Assembly (NCBI GenBank): GCA_963760375.1
Contig: CAVXCS010000003.1
Coordinates: 3,590 to 67,589, forward strand
Direction: 5' to 3'
Source of the DNA: an uncultured Flavobacteriaceae bacterium
Lineage (GTDB): Bacteria; Bacteroidota; Bacteroidia; Flavobacteriales; Flavobacteriaceae
Length of the DNA: 64,000 nt
Below the pieces are notes generated by a model. The model was not told the DNA's origin, searched no databases, and saw only the letters and a list, made by a program, of their open reading frames with translations. A program made the position numbers and the translations under genes. Below are positions 9,510 to 19,899 of the stretch, one piece after another (position 1 is the first letter of the stretch; each line of letters starts with the position of its first letter).

Positions 9510-9591
9510 GCATAGCTATAAAGCTTTGGGCCGAATAATCGGGTCTGTGATGCGCGGTCGTATTTTATATCACAATTAAAATGAATCAACC

Positions 9592-10350
9592 ATGAACACA
9601 GGATTGGTGCTTTCAGGGGGCGGGGTGCGCGGCATGGCCCATATTGGAGCCATTAAAGCCCTTGAAGAACACGGTGTCAAGCCCAATTATATAGCCGGCA
9701 CCAGCGCAGGCGCCATCGTGGGCGCCTTATATGCCGGTGGTTATGGTTGGGAAACCATCTTCGATTTTTTTAAATCGATCGACCTGTTTTCCATCAATAA
9801 ATATGCGTTGAACAAGCCGGGCTTTGTCGATACCGAAAAATTCTATGATCGTTTTACCCCTTTCTTTCCCCAGGATGATTTCGATACCCTAAAAATGCCG
9901 CTTTACATCACGGCCACCGACATATTGAAGGGCACCCTTAAAGTGTTCCATCAAGGCGAACTTATTCGTCCCATTTTGGCTTCCGCCGCTTTTCCGGGCA
10001 TGTTTACCCCGGTCGAGATCAATGGGGCCTATTATGTGGATGGCGGTACCCTCAATAATTTTCCTGTAGACCTGATCAAAGGTTTTTGCGAACATATCGT
10101 CGGGGTTTATGTGAACCCGTTTGATAAAGTGGAAATCGGCGATTTGAAGCATTCCTACAATATTTTGGAACGCGCTTATAAGATTAGGTCCACCCGCGAT
10201 TCAGAATCCAAATTTATCGATTGCGATATGTTGATTTGCCCACAGGACCTGAGCAATTATAGTACCTTTTCGACAAAAAATATGGATACCATCTTCAAGT
10301 TGGGGTATAAAGCTGCCAAAGAGGCATTGGAGGACGCTGATGGTTTTTAA
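9592..10350 (+). CDS. patatin-like phospholipase
   Basis: GGGVRG oxyanion motif, GTSAG nucleophile motif and DGG catalytic Asp motif. Confidence 0.85.
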   Translation: MNTGLVLSGGGVRGMAHIGAIKALEEHGVKPNYIAGTSAGAIVGALYAGGYGWETIFDFFKSIDLFSINKYALNKPGFVDTEKFYDRFTPFFPQDDFDTLKMPLYITATDILKGTLKVFHQGELIRPILASAAFPGMFTPVEINGAYYVDGGTLNNFPVDLIKGFCEHIVGVYVNPFDKVEIGDLKHSYNILERAYKIRSTRDSESKFIDCDMLICPQDLSNYSTFSTKNMDTIFKLGYKAAKEALEDADGF

Positions 10351-10517
10351 ATGCCCGAGAAAACACTTTCCGTTGTTGCCGAAGCCCTTAATGGGCCCAA
10401 AGATTAAGAAGCTCGTTTTAAGGGAACGCGATGGGTATAGCTACTTTCTTGCCAAAATCGCATGAAATCCAAACTACATTGATACCCCCAGTTGCGTTAA
10501 ATGGAATTGATTCCTAT

Positions 10518-13166
10518 TTAGGATTTAGGGAAAAAGTTGCCGATCCGTTTGATGGACTGGGCCATGAGCAGCGAACCAAGTGCAAACAGCGCGATATACG
10601 AATATTGACTTAAGGTAAGGTGGGTCAAGGCGAGGGCTTCGGCAACAACGGGAATTACCGACACCGCAAAGGTCAAAAATGCACATAGCACAATAGCGGC
10701 CCAAACCCAAGGGTTGGCCGTGACCTCATTTTTGAAGAATGACCCCCCGCTTTTTGGAATATTGAAAAGATTGAGCAATTGGGCGAGTATTAAAGTGAAG
10801 AATGCCATATTATTGATCAAACCCGGTTCGAGCTTTAGGGTAAAGTAGCCGAAGGCGGTGATACCAAGTACGGCAGTGCTGATCGATAACCCATAGATCA
10901 ATATTGCATACCAATGCGCTGGTGTTAAAATGGGCTCATCGGGTTTTCTTGGAGGGGTTTGCATCAGTGTGGGATCGCCTTTACCAAGGCCCAAAGCAAG
11001 GGCGGGAAAAATATCGGTGATCAGGTTCAGGAACAAAATCTGTAATGGCAGCAAAGGGGAGGGGAGGTTGATCAAGGCGGCGATTCCCACGGAAACAATT
11101 TCGGCCAGATTGCTCGAAAGCAGGTATACCACAAACTGCCGAATGTTATGATAGATGACCCTGCCTTGTTGAATGGCCAACTCGATGGCCGTAAATTTAT
11201 CGTTCTTCAGGATCATATCGGCGGCCTCACGAGCCGCCTCGGTACCACGGATGCCCATGGCGATGCCAATATCGGCCTTTCGCAAAGCGGGAACATCGTT
11301 GATGCCGTCACCTATCATGGCCACCACATTGTTATTGGCTTGAAAGAATTGTATCAACTTCAATTTTTGTTCCGGGACCACCCTTGCAAAAACCACCGTA
11401 TTCATCAGGGCCGAGGTCATCTTGGTATCCAACGCAGCTTTGATCGGCAGTTCATTGCCATGCCTAACAAATCGATGGGCGTCATCTTTGGTCAAAAGGC
11501 CAATTTCCTGTGCTATTTTTATGGCGGTGCCCATATGGTCCCCAGTCATCATAACGACCCGTATCCCGGCTTTTTTGTAGACTTCGATTGTATGTTTTAC
11601 ATCTTGCCTGGCCGGGTCGATAAAGCCTATGACCCCCAAAAAGGTAAGGTCGTTCAAGATTGCATCCCTTTCCGGCTCCTCTTTGGAGACCCTGGAGGCG
11701 AATGCAATGGTACGCAATCCTTGGGAGGCCAGAGCATCCACCTTTGTCAACCAAGCTTCTTTTGAATTGAAGGCTTGGGCGGTATCCTTTTCGAGTATGG
11801 TATCACAGCATGCCACAATGCCCTCAAAGGCCCCTTTTACATAGGTATGGTAGGCATTTTGGCCCCGGTTCACGGTGGCCATCAATTTGCGATCGGTATT
11901 GAAGGGGAGCTGTTTTAATTCCACATTGTTTTTTTGGGCTTCTTTTGGGTCATAGCCGAGGTTGCTCGCAAAATCGATCAAGGCCTGATCTATGGTATCC
12001 CTGTGCGCATGTTCGTCGGCCAGGGCAACATCGTTGCAAAGCATACAGGCCATGATGATTTCTTGGTACGCACGGTTATCGACGGGCATTTCGGCCATGG
12101 ACTTGGTGTTGAGCCCGGTAATCGAACGCCCATCGTACAATAGGGTGTGTACCCTTAGCAGGTCTTCTGTTAAGGTACCCGTTTTATCGGTACAGATGAT
12201 GTTTGTAGCACCAAGGGTCTCTACCGCTTTGAGGTTCTTGATGATGAGCTGTTTTTTTGACAAGCGTACCATCCCCCTGGCCAGGGCGATCGTGGCAACG
12301 ATCGGTAGGCCCTCGGGTATCGTTGCAACGGCAAGGGCCAAAGCGGTCTCCAACATCAAAAAGAATGCTTTACCCTGAACATATCCGGTAATCATGATAA
12401 GTACGGCCAAAACCAGGGTCAACACGATCAACTTTTTGCTGAGCTTGTTGAGCTTCTTTTCGAGGGGGGTGCGCTCTTCGGTGGCCTCCATGGCCATTTG
12501 ATGGATTTTTCCCAGTTGTGTTCCCTTGCCGGTGGCGGTGACGATGGCTTTCCCGGTGCCACCGGTGACAACGGTACCCCTAAAAACCATGTTGGTTTGC
12601 CCGGTCAAAGGCGTTTTTTGCGATACTGCTGCGGTCCTTTTTTCGATGTCGACGCTTTCCCCGGTTAGGGCAGATTCCCTGACCAAAAGATTTTCTTGTG
12701 ACAGCAGACGGGCATCGGCCGTAACGATATTGCCCACATCGAGAAGAACGATATCTCCGGGCACCAACAAGGAATCGCGAATGCTGCAAATTTCCCCGGA
12801 TCTGATCACGCGGGCCATTGTCTGGCCCAGTTGACGTAACGATTCCAGGGAACGCACCGCCTGTAATTCCATAAAGTAACCGATGGCCACCGTGATCAAG
12901 ATCACAATGGCAATGGCCGATCCTTCGGCCCAATCCTCGAACAGGAAGGCCAAAACCGCGGCGGCACCTAAGATGTAAATAATGGGATCTGTGAACTGTT
13001 CGACAAGAAGGCGGCTCCTCTTTTTTGGCCTTGTTTCGGGCAGCTGATTATTGCCAAGTTGTGCGAGACGATTGGAGGCCTCTTCTTGGGTCAAGCCATA
13101 TTCCCCATCACTTTTTAAGTGTTGAACAACATCCAATATGGTCAGGGAGAATGGGTATTTGATCAT
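10518..13166 (-). CDS. cation-translocating P-type ATPase (type II, Ca/Mg-like)
   Basis: ICTDKTGTLT, MMTGDH and GDGINDVPAL motifs. The track ORF starts at a TTG at 13220; I prefer the ATG at 13166 (MIKYPFSLTILDVV...). Confidence 0.9.
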   Translation of the reverse strand: MIKYPFSLTILDVVQHLKSDGEYGLTQEEASNRLAQLGNNQLPETRPKKRSRLLVEQFTDPIIYILGAAAVLAFLFEDWAEGSAIAIVILITVAIGYFMELQAVRSLESLRQLGQTMARVIRSGEICSIRDSLLVPGDIVLLDVGNIVTADARLLSQENLLVRESALTGESVDIEKRTAAVSQKTPLTGQTNMVFRGTVVTGGTGKAIVTATGKGTQLGKIHQMAMEATEERTPLEKKLNKLSKKLIVLTLVLAVLIMITGYVQGKAFFLMLETALALAVATIPEGLPIVATIALARGMVRLSKKQLIIKNLKAVETLGATNIICTDKTGTLTEDLLRVHTLLYDGRSITGLNTKSMAEMPVDNRAYQEIIMACMLCNDVALADEHAHRDTIDQALIDFASNLGYDPKEAQKNNVELKQLPFNTDRKLMATVNRGQNAYHTYVKGAFEGIVACCDTILEKDTAQAFNSKEAWLTKVDALASQGLRTIAFASRVSKEEPERDAILNDLTFLGVIGFIDPARQDVKHTIEVYKKAGIRVVMMTGDHMGTAIKIAQEIGLLTKDDAHRFVRHGNELPIKAALDTKMTSALMNTVVFARVVPEQKLKLIQFFQANNNVVAMIGDGINDVPALRKADIGIAMGIRGTEAAREAADMILKNDKFTAIELAIQQGRVIYHNIRQFVVYLLSSNLAEIVSVGIAALINLPSPLLPLQILFLNLITDIFPALALGLGKGDPTLMQTPPRKPDEPILTPAHWYAILIYGLSISTAVLGITAFGYFTLKLEPGLINNMAFFTLILAQLLNLFNIPKSGGSFFKNEVTANPWVWAAIVLCAFLTFAVSVIPVVAEALALTHLTLSQYSYIALFALGSLLMAQSIKRIGNFFPKS

Positions 13167-13341
13167 TTTTTGGTCGCGATCGATAAGTTTTCCTTGGAAA
13201 GCCCTTTTAAATTTAGCCAAAATAACAATGCCCTCCTATCTTTCCCAAAGTAACATGGACGCTTTTTTTGGAATCGACAAAAGGGCATTTTAAAAATCTA
13301 TGGCAGCCCATTCGTGATGCTTGCCACAGTATTTCACGTCA

Positions 13342-13806
13342 TTATGAGATTTCAATCTTTTTGGACGGTTTTTTCTTGGCTTCTTCTTTTTTGGCCAGGT
13401 TAAAGCACAGAATGCCATCCTTGTAGGAGGCCTTGATGGCTTCTTCCTTTACGTTCTCAGGCAACTGCAACGACCTTTCAAAAGCATTGTAACTGAATTC
13501 CTGACGGGTATAGTCTTTTTCTTTCTCTTCTTTGGAGGTCGATTTTTCGGCCGAGATGTTCAAACAGCCATCGTCGATGGTCACATTGAAATCTTTTTTG
13601 GAGAAACCGGGTGCGGCCAGTTCAATTTCGAATTTTTCGTCGGTCTCTTTGATGTTCAGGGCTGGTTCTGAGGTTTTGCCGTTCCAAAAACGATCGGGCG
13701 GCATATTTCTGACCCAGTTGCGATTGTCGAAGAAATCATCGATATCAAAAAAGTCTTGAGGTACGAGATTTCCAAAAGGCCTTCTTCTAACTTTTACTAG
13801 TGACAT
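13342..13806 (-). CDS. Hsp20/alpha-crystallin small heat-shock protein
   Basis: 154 aa with an alpha-crystallin domain (FEIELAAPGFSKKDFNVTIDDGCLNISAEK...SYKDGIL). Confidence 0.9.
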   Translation of the reverse strand: MSLVKVRRRPFGNLVPQDFFDIDDFFDNRNWVRNMPPDRFWNGKTSEPALNIKETDEKFEIELAAPGFSKKDFNVTIDDGCLNISAEKSTSKEEKEKDYTRQEFSYNAFERSLQLPENVKEEAIKASYKDGILCFNLAKKEEAKKKPSKKIEIS

Positions 13807-13841
13807 GGTATGATATGTTTAGGTTAAACAATTTGATACCA

Positions 13842-13884
13842 CTAAAGTACGTACAGCGCCACCTCGGCAAAATGACCTAGGTCA
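13842..13884 (-). promoter_or_regulatory. motif-B operator plus -7 box (promoter of hsp20 / P-type ATPase)
   Basis: AATGACCTAGGTCAGG with core at 13873-13884. On the minus strand TTTG follows directly, and TACTTTAG lies at 13849-13842, 29.5 bp from the centre. Confidence 0.65.
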
Positions 13885-14026
13885 GGGCCAGCACATTTCC
13901 ATAAAAACCCAACTGGGTCTTCAAATAACCTTATCTTTAGCTGTGGCATTTGGCAAGTGGCGATCCTCATGAACGTAGCGATTCAATGCCAAACCATCAC
14001 CGTTTGCGATACAAAAAAATGGACCT

Positions 14027-15218
14027 TTGAAATATATTACCCGAACGGTTTGGATCTTATCGTGCATCAGCCTGTTTACCGATATGGCCAGCGAAATGCT
14101 GTATCCCATCCTGCCCATCTATTTAAAGTCCATCGGTTTTTCGGTAGTATTGATCGGGGTACTCGAAGGCATTGCCGAGGCCACCGCCGGTTTGAGCAAG
14201 GGCTATTTTGGCAAAAGATCCGATGTTTCCGGCAAAAGGGTCCCCTTTGTTCAGTTGGGATATGCCCTGAGTGCGGTCTCCAAACCCATGATGGCCCTCT
14301 TTGTTTTTCCGTTATGGATCTTTTTTTCACGAACACTCGATCGGCTGGGAAAGGGGATCCGGACCGGGGCAAGGGATGCCCTGCTTTCCCAAGAGGCCAC
14401 GGAGCGGAACAAGGGAAAAATATTCGGACTGCACCGGGCCATGGATACCTTGGGCGCCGTCATCGGCCCCGCACTGGCCCTCTTGTACCTCTATTTCTTT
14501 CCGGAAGATTACAAAACCTTGTTTTTCATCGCCTTTGTGCCCGGGGTGCTGGCCGTTTTGACAAGTTCCTTACTGAAAGACCATAAAAAGATGCTGTCGG
14601 GAAAAGAAAAAAGACCGGTACCTTTTTTTTCATTTTTGGGCTATTGGAAGCAGAGTCCCCCAATCTACCGCAAATTGGTCTATCGGTCTGCTGGCGTTTG
14701 CCCTGATCAACAGTTCCGATGTTTTTCTGTTATTGAAGGCCAAGGAAGCCGGGCTGGATGACACGGCAGTGGTGGGGGTGTATATTTTTTATAACCTGGT
14801 ATATGCTGCGTTCTCCTTTCCTGTGGGCGCCATGGCAGATAATATCGGGTTGCGGACCATGTTCATCATCGGCCTGGGCTTGTTTGCCATCGTTTATTTT
14901 GGGATGGGGCTAAGTACCGATCCCTACATCGTAGCGGCCATGTTTTTCCTCTATGGCATCTATGCGGCAGCCAACGAAGGGATTTCAAAGGCATGGATCA
15001 GCAATATTTCCGAAAAAAAGGACACTGCGACCGCCATTGGAACCTATGCGGGGTTCCAGAGTATTTGCACCATGGTGGCCAGTGCATCGGCTGGACTTAT
15101 TTGGTTCCAATTTGGGGCAAGCATGGCATTTATGTTCACCGGGGCGATGACCTTGGCCATCATAGGTTACTTCCTTGTTTTTGTGCTGCCCGTTAAAAGC
15201 AACCTGCAGCAAGGTTAA
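14027..15218 (+). pseudogene. MFS transporter interrupted by a +1 frameshift near 14681
   Basis: ORFs 14027..14761 and 14733..15218 are the N- and C-terminal halves of one MFS protein. Dropping T14681 gives ...YRKLV-IGLLAFALINSSDVFLLLKAKEAG... Confidence 0.65.
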
Positions 15219-15243
15219 AGAGGAAGGCAAGCGTGGTGGAAAT

Positions 15244-15899
15244 CTATAATTTCACCCCGAAGGCCAAATCTCCCGCATCCCCCAAACCAGGAATGATGTA
15301 TCCCTTGGCGGTGAGTTTATCGTCGATGGCGGCAATCCAGAGGTGGGTGTTTTTCGGAAAGATTTTCTTGACGTAGGCAACCCCGCTTTTCGAACCGATG
15401 ACGGAAACGATATGGATCTGTTTGGGCACCCCGTGCGACTTTAAGGCCTCATATACATTTTCCAGGGTTTTGCCGGTCGCCAACATGGGATCGGTCAGGA
15501 TCAAGGTCTTCCCTCCCAAGGAAGGGGCCGCAAAATATTTTACGATCACCTCAAATGCGTCTTCATCCTCTTTATGCTGTCGATACGCCGAGATGAAGGC
15601 ATTTTCCGCCCGATCAAAATAATGCAGTAGCCCCTCATGCAGTGGCAGGCCGGCCCTTAATACCGAACACAGCACCAAGCGCATCGGTGGGCAAGGACAT
15701 TTCCTTGGTACCGAAAGGGGTCTGGATGGTTTTGTTGCCTGTAGCTGAGGGCCTTGCTCATTTCATAGCCCAGCACTTCCCCGATCCGTTCAATATTACG
15801 ACGGAAACGCATGGCATCCTTTTGTATTTCGATATCCCTGATCTCTGCGATGAATTGGTTCAACAGGGAATTTCCATCCCCAAAATAGTGTACGGTCAT
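15244..15899 (-). pseudogene. upp: uracil phosphoribosyltransferase with two frameshifts
   Basis: ORF 15657..15899 (RFRRNIERIGE) and ORF 15244..15684 (LCSVLRAGLP...DPMLATG...IIPGLGDAGD) are in different frames. The conserved linker KTIQTPFGTKEMSLPTD is readable only in the third frame, between about 15734 and about 15683. Confidence 0.7.
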
Positions 15900-16064
15900 T
15901 TGGTTTCTGCTTACCCTTAAAAATACGATTTTAAAATCAATGATCTTGGGGATTATGGGAAATCACTGCCTTTGGGAAAGTCAAACTGTAGCGATGCCAG
16001 ATAGCACACAAGGTTACTACTAAAAGGTTACTGCATTTACCAATGGGAGTCGATCTATAACCGA

Positions 16065-16250
16065 CTAAGCCTGTACTCCGAACTTCGACAGCAGGTTTTC
16101 CATGAGGCACCACTTGGTAAAGGCCGATTGGAATAGGTTGGCCCCAACAAAAGCAGTGAACCACAGCCAGTTGATGTTGACATAAATGGCCAATAACAAA
16201 CTGATCAATATGAAAGAGCCCGCAACGGCCCTGACGATCCTGTTTTTCAT
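16065..16250 (-). CDS. DUF2892/YgaP-like small membrane protein
   Basis: 61 aa with two TM helices and a C-terminal FTKWCLMENLL motif typical of the family. Confidence 0.7.
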   Translation of the reverse strand: MKNRIVRAVAGSFILISLLLAIYVNINWLWFTAFVGANLFQSAFTKWCLMENLLSKFGVQA

Positions 16251-16346
16251 AGTCTTGAATTTAAGGTTAATGAAACTTTGGTAACCGATCCCTTTTGGTG
16301 CGATACCGATATTACAGCGATTTGTTCTTGCCCTCCCGATGCTAAA

Positions 16347-16652
16347 TCAAAGGTACCGTTCAATGGGCACCACCACGGCCTTGACCGGGTTTTGGGTCTC
16401 CAAATGATTGTTGAACTCCTCAAGCAACCCGAACAATACCTCAATTTTATCCGCTTCGGTAAAGGAGAAGAACAAAATAGATTCGACCCCTCCCTGTTCA
16501 CTTGGAAACCAACTAGCACTGCGAAGCAAGGATGCCCGCTTCTTGAATCCATCGATATGGGACCCACTGAAGCTGCTTATGTTCGCTTTTTTGAACAGTG
16601 CCAATATTTCTTCTTCGAAATCCGCTACGGCCGTTACGATTAATAGTTTCAT
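16347..16652 (-). CDS. hypothetical protein (possibly P-II-like fold)
   Basis: 101-aa ORF immediately downstream of the RND pump gene. No motif recognised with certainty. Confidence 0.5.
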   Translation of the reverse strand: MKLLIVTAVADFEEEILALFKKANISSFSGSHIDGFKKRASLLRSASWFPSEQGGVESILFFSFTEADKIEVLFGLLEEFNNHLETQNPVKAVVVPIERYL

Positions 16653-16700
16653 TTTACTGTTGTTTTAAGGGTTTTTTTTGAGAATTTTTGCCCCGTTCAT

Positions 16701-19700
16701 TTATTCGTAATTTTTCCCTTCTATCATATAATAGATCAAAGGGACCATTATCAAGGTGAGGATGGTCGAAACGATGGCCCCTGCGACCAAGGAAATGGCC
16801 AACCCTTGAAATATGGGGTCGAACAGGATGATGGAGGCCCCGATGACCACGGCACCCGTCGTCAATAATATGGGGGTGGTTCGAACCGCACCTGCATCGA
16901 TGATCGCTTGTTTTATAGGAATTCCTTCTTTTAACCTTATTTCGATGAAATCGATGATCAGGACCGAGTTGCGCACCATGACCCCCGCAAGGGCGATCAT
17001 TCCTATGAAGGAGGTAGCGGTAAAGAAGGCCCCGAAAAGCCAATGGCCCAAGACGATCCCGATCAATGAAAGGGGTATGGCCGCCATCATAACGATCGGG
17101 GTCTTCAGGTTTTGGAACCAACCGACGATCAACATATAGATCACCACGATGACCACCATAAAAGCGATGCCAAGATCTCTAAAGACCTCCAGGGTAATCT
17201 GCCATTCTCCATCCCATTTTACCGTGAAGTCGCTTTCATCGGAGGGTTGTTCCATGTAAGATTCCTGAACCGTATACCCTTTTGGCAGCACCAATGTTTT
17301 TAATTTTTCATTCATTCCCAAAATGGCATACACCGGACTTTCCAAGGCCCCGGCCATGTCGGCGGTCAGGTAAACGACCCTTTTTTGATCCTTGCGGTAA
17401 ATGGTTTTCTGCAGGCTTGCCGTGTTCACGCTGACCAGGTCGACCACTGGAACCATGGTTCCATTTACCGATCTTATTTTGATGTTCTGGATATCCGCCA
17501 ATGAGCTCTTTTCCGCATCGTTCAAGGAAAGTACAATCCCGACCGATTCATTCGCTGTTGCATCATGAAGACCGGAAACCGGTATTTCCCTTAAAATGGA
17601 GGTCAGGGCGGTCACGATTTGTTGGGGGGCCACGCCGTTTAACATAGCTTTTTGCTTATCGACTTCCAAACGGTACTCGGTCTGCGGGGCTTCGACCATC
17701 CAATCGACATCCACAATATCGGCAGTACCCTGCAAAATAGTCTTCACCTGTTCGGCCACTTTGATCTGTTCCCCATAATCGGGTCCATAAATCTCGGCAA
17801 CAATGGTGGAGAGTACTGGGGGGCCGGGCGGCACTTCGACCACTTTAACATTGGCCCCATATTTTTGGCCGATTCTTTGTACTTCAGGGCGTACCTCCTT
17901 GGCAATGTCATGGCTTTGGGAATTTCGATCTTCTTTGTGCAGCAAGTTTACCTGGATATCGGCCATATTGCTTCCGCCCCGCAGGTCATAATGACGCACC
18001 AGGCCATTGAAGGTGATCGGCGCCGAGGTGCCGATGTAGTTTTGATAATCCACTACTTCGGGCCGGGAAGCCAGATAGAGGGAAATTTCCTTAGTCACCA
18101 TTGCGGTCCTTTCCAGGGTGGTGCCTTCGGGCATGTCCACCACGATTTGGAATTCGTTCTTATTATCGAAAGGCAACATTTTAACGGCCACCGTTTTTGT
18201 AAAGAACATGAGGATCGATCCAAGCAAGAGCACCACGGTAATGAGGATAAAGCCCCACCGTTTTGTCTTGTTGTCCAACAAAGGTTTTTCAATTTTATTA
18301 TAAATTCTATAAATGAATCCGGATTCAAAACTTTTTTCTTCCTTATGCCCCTTATCGTCTTTTTCACGCAACAAATGGTAGCCCAAATAGGGCGTAACCG
18401 TTAGCGCCACGAACAAAGAGAGCAACATGGCGATTGAAGCGCCGATTGGCATTGGGCTCATGTAGGGTCCCATCATTCCCGATACGAATGCCATGGGCAA
18501 TATGGCAGCGATGACGGTGAAAGTGGCCAAGATGGTGGGGTTGCCGACCTCGTTGATCGCAAAGAGTGCGGCCTGTTTAAACGGCAGGCGTTTCATCTTA
18601 AAGTGCCGGTGCATGTTTTCCGCAATGATGATACTATCGTCAACAACAATACCCACGACAAAGACCAACGCAAAAAGCGTGATACGGTTCAGGGTATAGT
18701 CGAACATATAATAACTGAACAAAGTAAGTGCGAAGGTCAAGGGCACTGAAAAGAAAACGACAAGCCCCCCGCGCCATCCCATGGCAAGCATCACCAAAAT
18801 GGTGACCGCCAGGATGGCAACCCCCAAATGCAACAACAGTTCGCCCACCTTGTCCGAAGCCGTTTCTCCGTAATTCCTTGAAACTTCGATATGAACCTCA
18901 GCAGGTATCAGGTGCTTTTTTAAATCTGTGACCCGTTCCAATATCTTCTCGGAAATCTTCATGGCATCGGCCCCTTTTACCTTCGCGATCGAGAGGGTCA
19001 CGGCCGCATATTCGGAACCATATTCGGAATACTTTTCGTGGTTCTGGCCATACCCAAAAGACACATAACTTTTAGGGGTGGCAGGTCCGTCCTGTATCGT
19101 TGCCACCTGTTTCAGATACACCGGGAGGTTCCGGTTCACCCCGACTACCAGATTTTCTACATCATCGACCGTTTCCAAAAAGTCGCCGGTGGTCAAGAGA
19201 TATTCGGTATCGTTTTTTACAAAACTCCCGGATTGGGCCTGTTGGTTGTTGGCCTGGATCATCTGCATAATGCCAAGGGCATCGATCCCATTTTCCGCCA
19301 TCCTATCTTTGTCCAGAATCACCTTCAATTCGCGATTTCTGCCCCCGATGGTCTTGGTCATGGCAACATTCTTTATTTTTTCCACCTCATTTTCAAGTTC
19401 CCCGGCAATTTGTTTCAGTTGGAAATCGTCATAGGAATCGCTCCAAAGGGTGATGCCCAACATGGGCACATCGTCTATGGAACGTGTTTTCACCATGGGT
19501 GCATAGATGCCATTGACAAACATATCGTCATGCTTCATCAATTCATTGTAGAGGTTCACATAGGAGCGTTCGGTGTCTTCCCCTACATAGAACTGCACGA
19601 TGATCATGGCCTGGCCGTTCATGGCCATGGTATGGAGATGTTCCACGCCTTTGATATCGGAAAGGATCTTTTCCAAGGGTTTGACCACCCTGTTCTCCAC

Positions 19701-19889
19701 TTCTTCGGGACTCGCGCCCGGATAGCCCACCATCACATCGGCCATGGGCACGATGATCTGGGGCTCTTCTTCCCTGGGGATCAAAAAAGAGCTGTACACC
19801 CCAATGATCATTAAGACGACCATCAACAAAAGGGTCAACTTCGAGTTGATGAATGCACTGGCTATTTTTCCTGATATTCCTTCGTTCAT
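16701..19889 (-). CDS. RND efflux transporter permease (AcrB/CzcA superfamily)
   Basis: About 1060-aa 12-TM protein with typical RND N-terminus MNEGISGKIASAFINSKLTLLLMV. Start moved to the ATG at 19889 to avoid overlap with the adaptor gene. Confidence 0.9.
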   Translation of the reverse strand: MNEGISGKIASAFINSKLTLLLMVVLMIIGVYSSFLIPREEEPQIIVPMADVMVGYPGASPEEVENRVVKPLEKILSDIKGVEHLHTMAMNGQAMIIVQFYVGEDTERSYVNLYNELMKHDDMFVNGIYAPMVKTRSIDDVPMLGITLWSDSYDDFQLKQIAGELENEVEKIKNVAMTKTIGGRNRELKVILDKDRMAENGIDALGIMQMIQANNQQAQSGSFVKNDTEYLLTTGDFLETVDDVENLVVGVNRNLPVYLKQVATIQDGPATPKSYVSFGYGQNHEKYSEYGSEYAAVTLSIAKVKGADAMKISEKILERVTDLKKHLIPAEVHIEVSRNYGETASDKVGELLLHLGVAILAVTILVMLAMGWRGGLVVFFSVPLTFALTLFSYYMFDYTLNRITLFALVFVVGIVVDDSIIIAENMHRHFKMKRLPFKQAALFAINEVGNPTILATFTVIAAILPMAFVSGMMGPYMSPMPIGASIAMLLSLFVALTVTPYLGYHLLREKDDKGHKEEKSFESGFIYRIYNKIEKPLLDNKTKRWGFILITVVLLLGSILMFFTKTVAVKMLPFDNKNEFQIVVDMPEGTTLERTAMVTKEISLYLASRPEVVDYQNYIGTSAPITFNGLVRHYDLRGGSNMADIQVNLLHKEDRNSQSHDIAKEVRPEVQRIGQKYGANVKVVEVPPGPPVLSTIVAEIYGPDYGEQIKVAEQVKTILQGTADIVDVDWMVEAPQTEYRLEVDKQKAMLNGVAPQQIVTALTSILREIPVSGLHDATANESVGIVLSLNDAEKSSLADIQNIKIRSVNGTMVPVVDLVSVNTASLQKTIYRKDQKRVVYLTADMAGALESPVYAILGMNEKLKTLVLPKGYTVQESYMEQPSDESDFTVKWDGEWQITLEVFRDLGIAFMVVIVVIYMLIVGWFQNLKTPIVMMAAIPLSLIGIVLGHWLFGAFFTATSFIGMIALAGVMVRNSVLIIDFIEIRLKEGIPIKQAIIDAGAVRTTPILLTTGAVVIGASIILFDPIFQGLAISLVAGAIVSTILTLIMVPLIYYMIEGKNYE

Positions 19890-19899
19890 CTTTTTTGTT

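Noticed and set aside
14733-15684. Treating 14733..15218 and 15244..15684 as independent intact genes, as the ORF track suggests.
   Set aside because: Both lack the N-terminal halves of their families, and those halves are present immediately upstream in another frame. I therefore call them frameshifted single genes.
16010-16032. Direct repeat AAGGTTACT x2 (period 14) upstream of upp. It contains the motif-A half-site GTTAC in direct rather than inverted orientation.
   Set aside because: It is not a palindrome, so it is unlikely to be a Crp-dimer site. It occurs once, next to a frameshifted gene.
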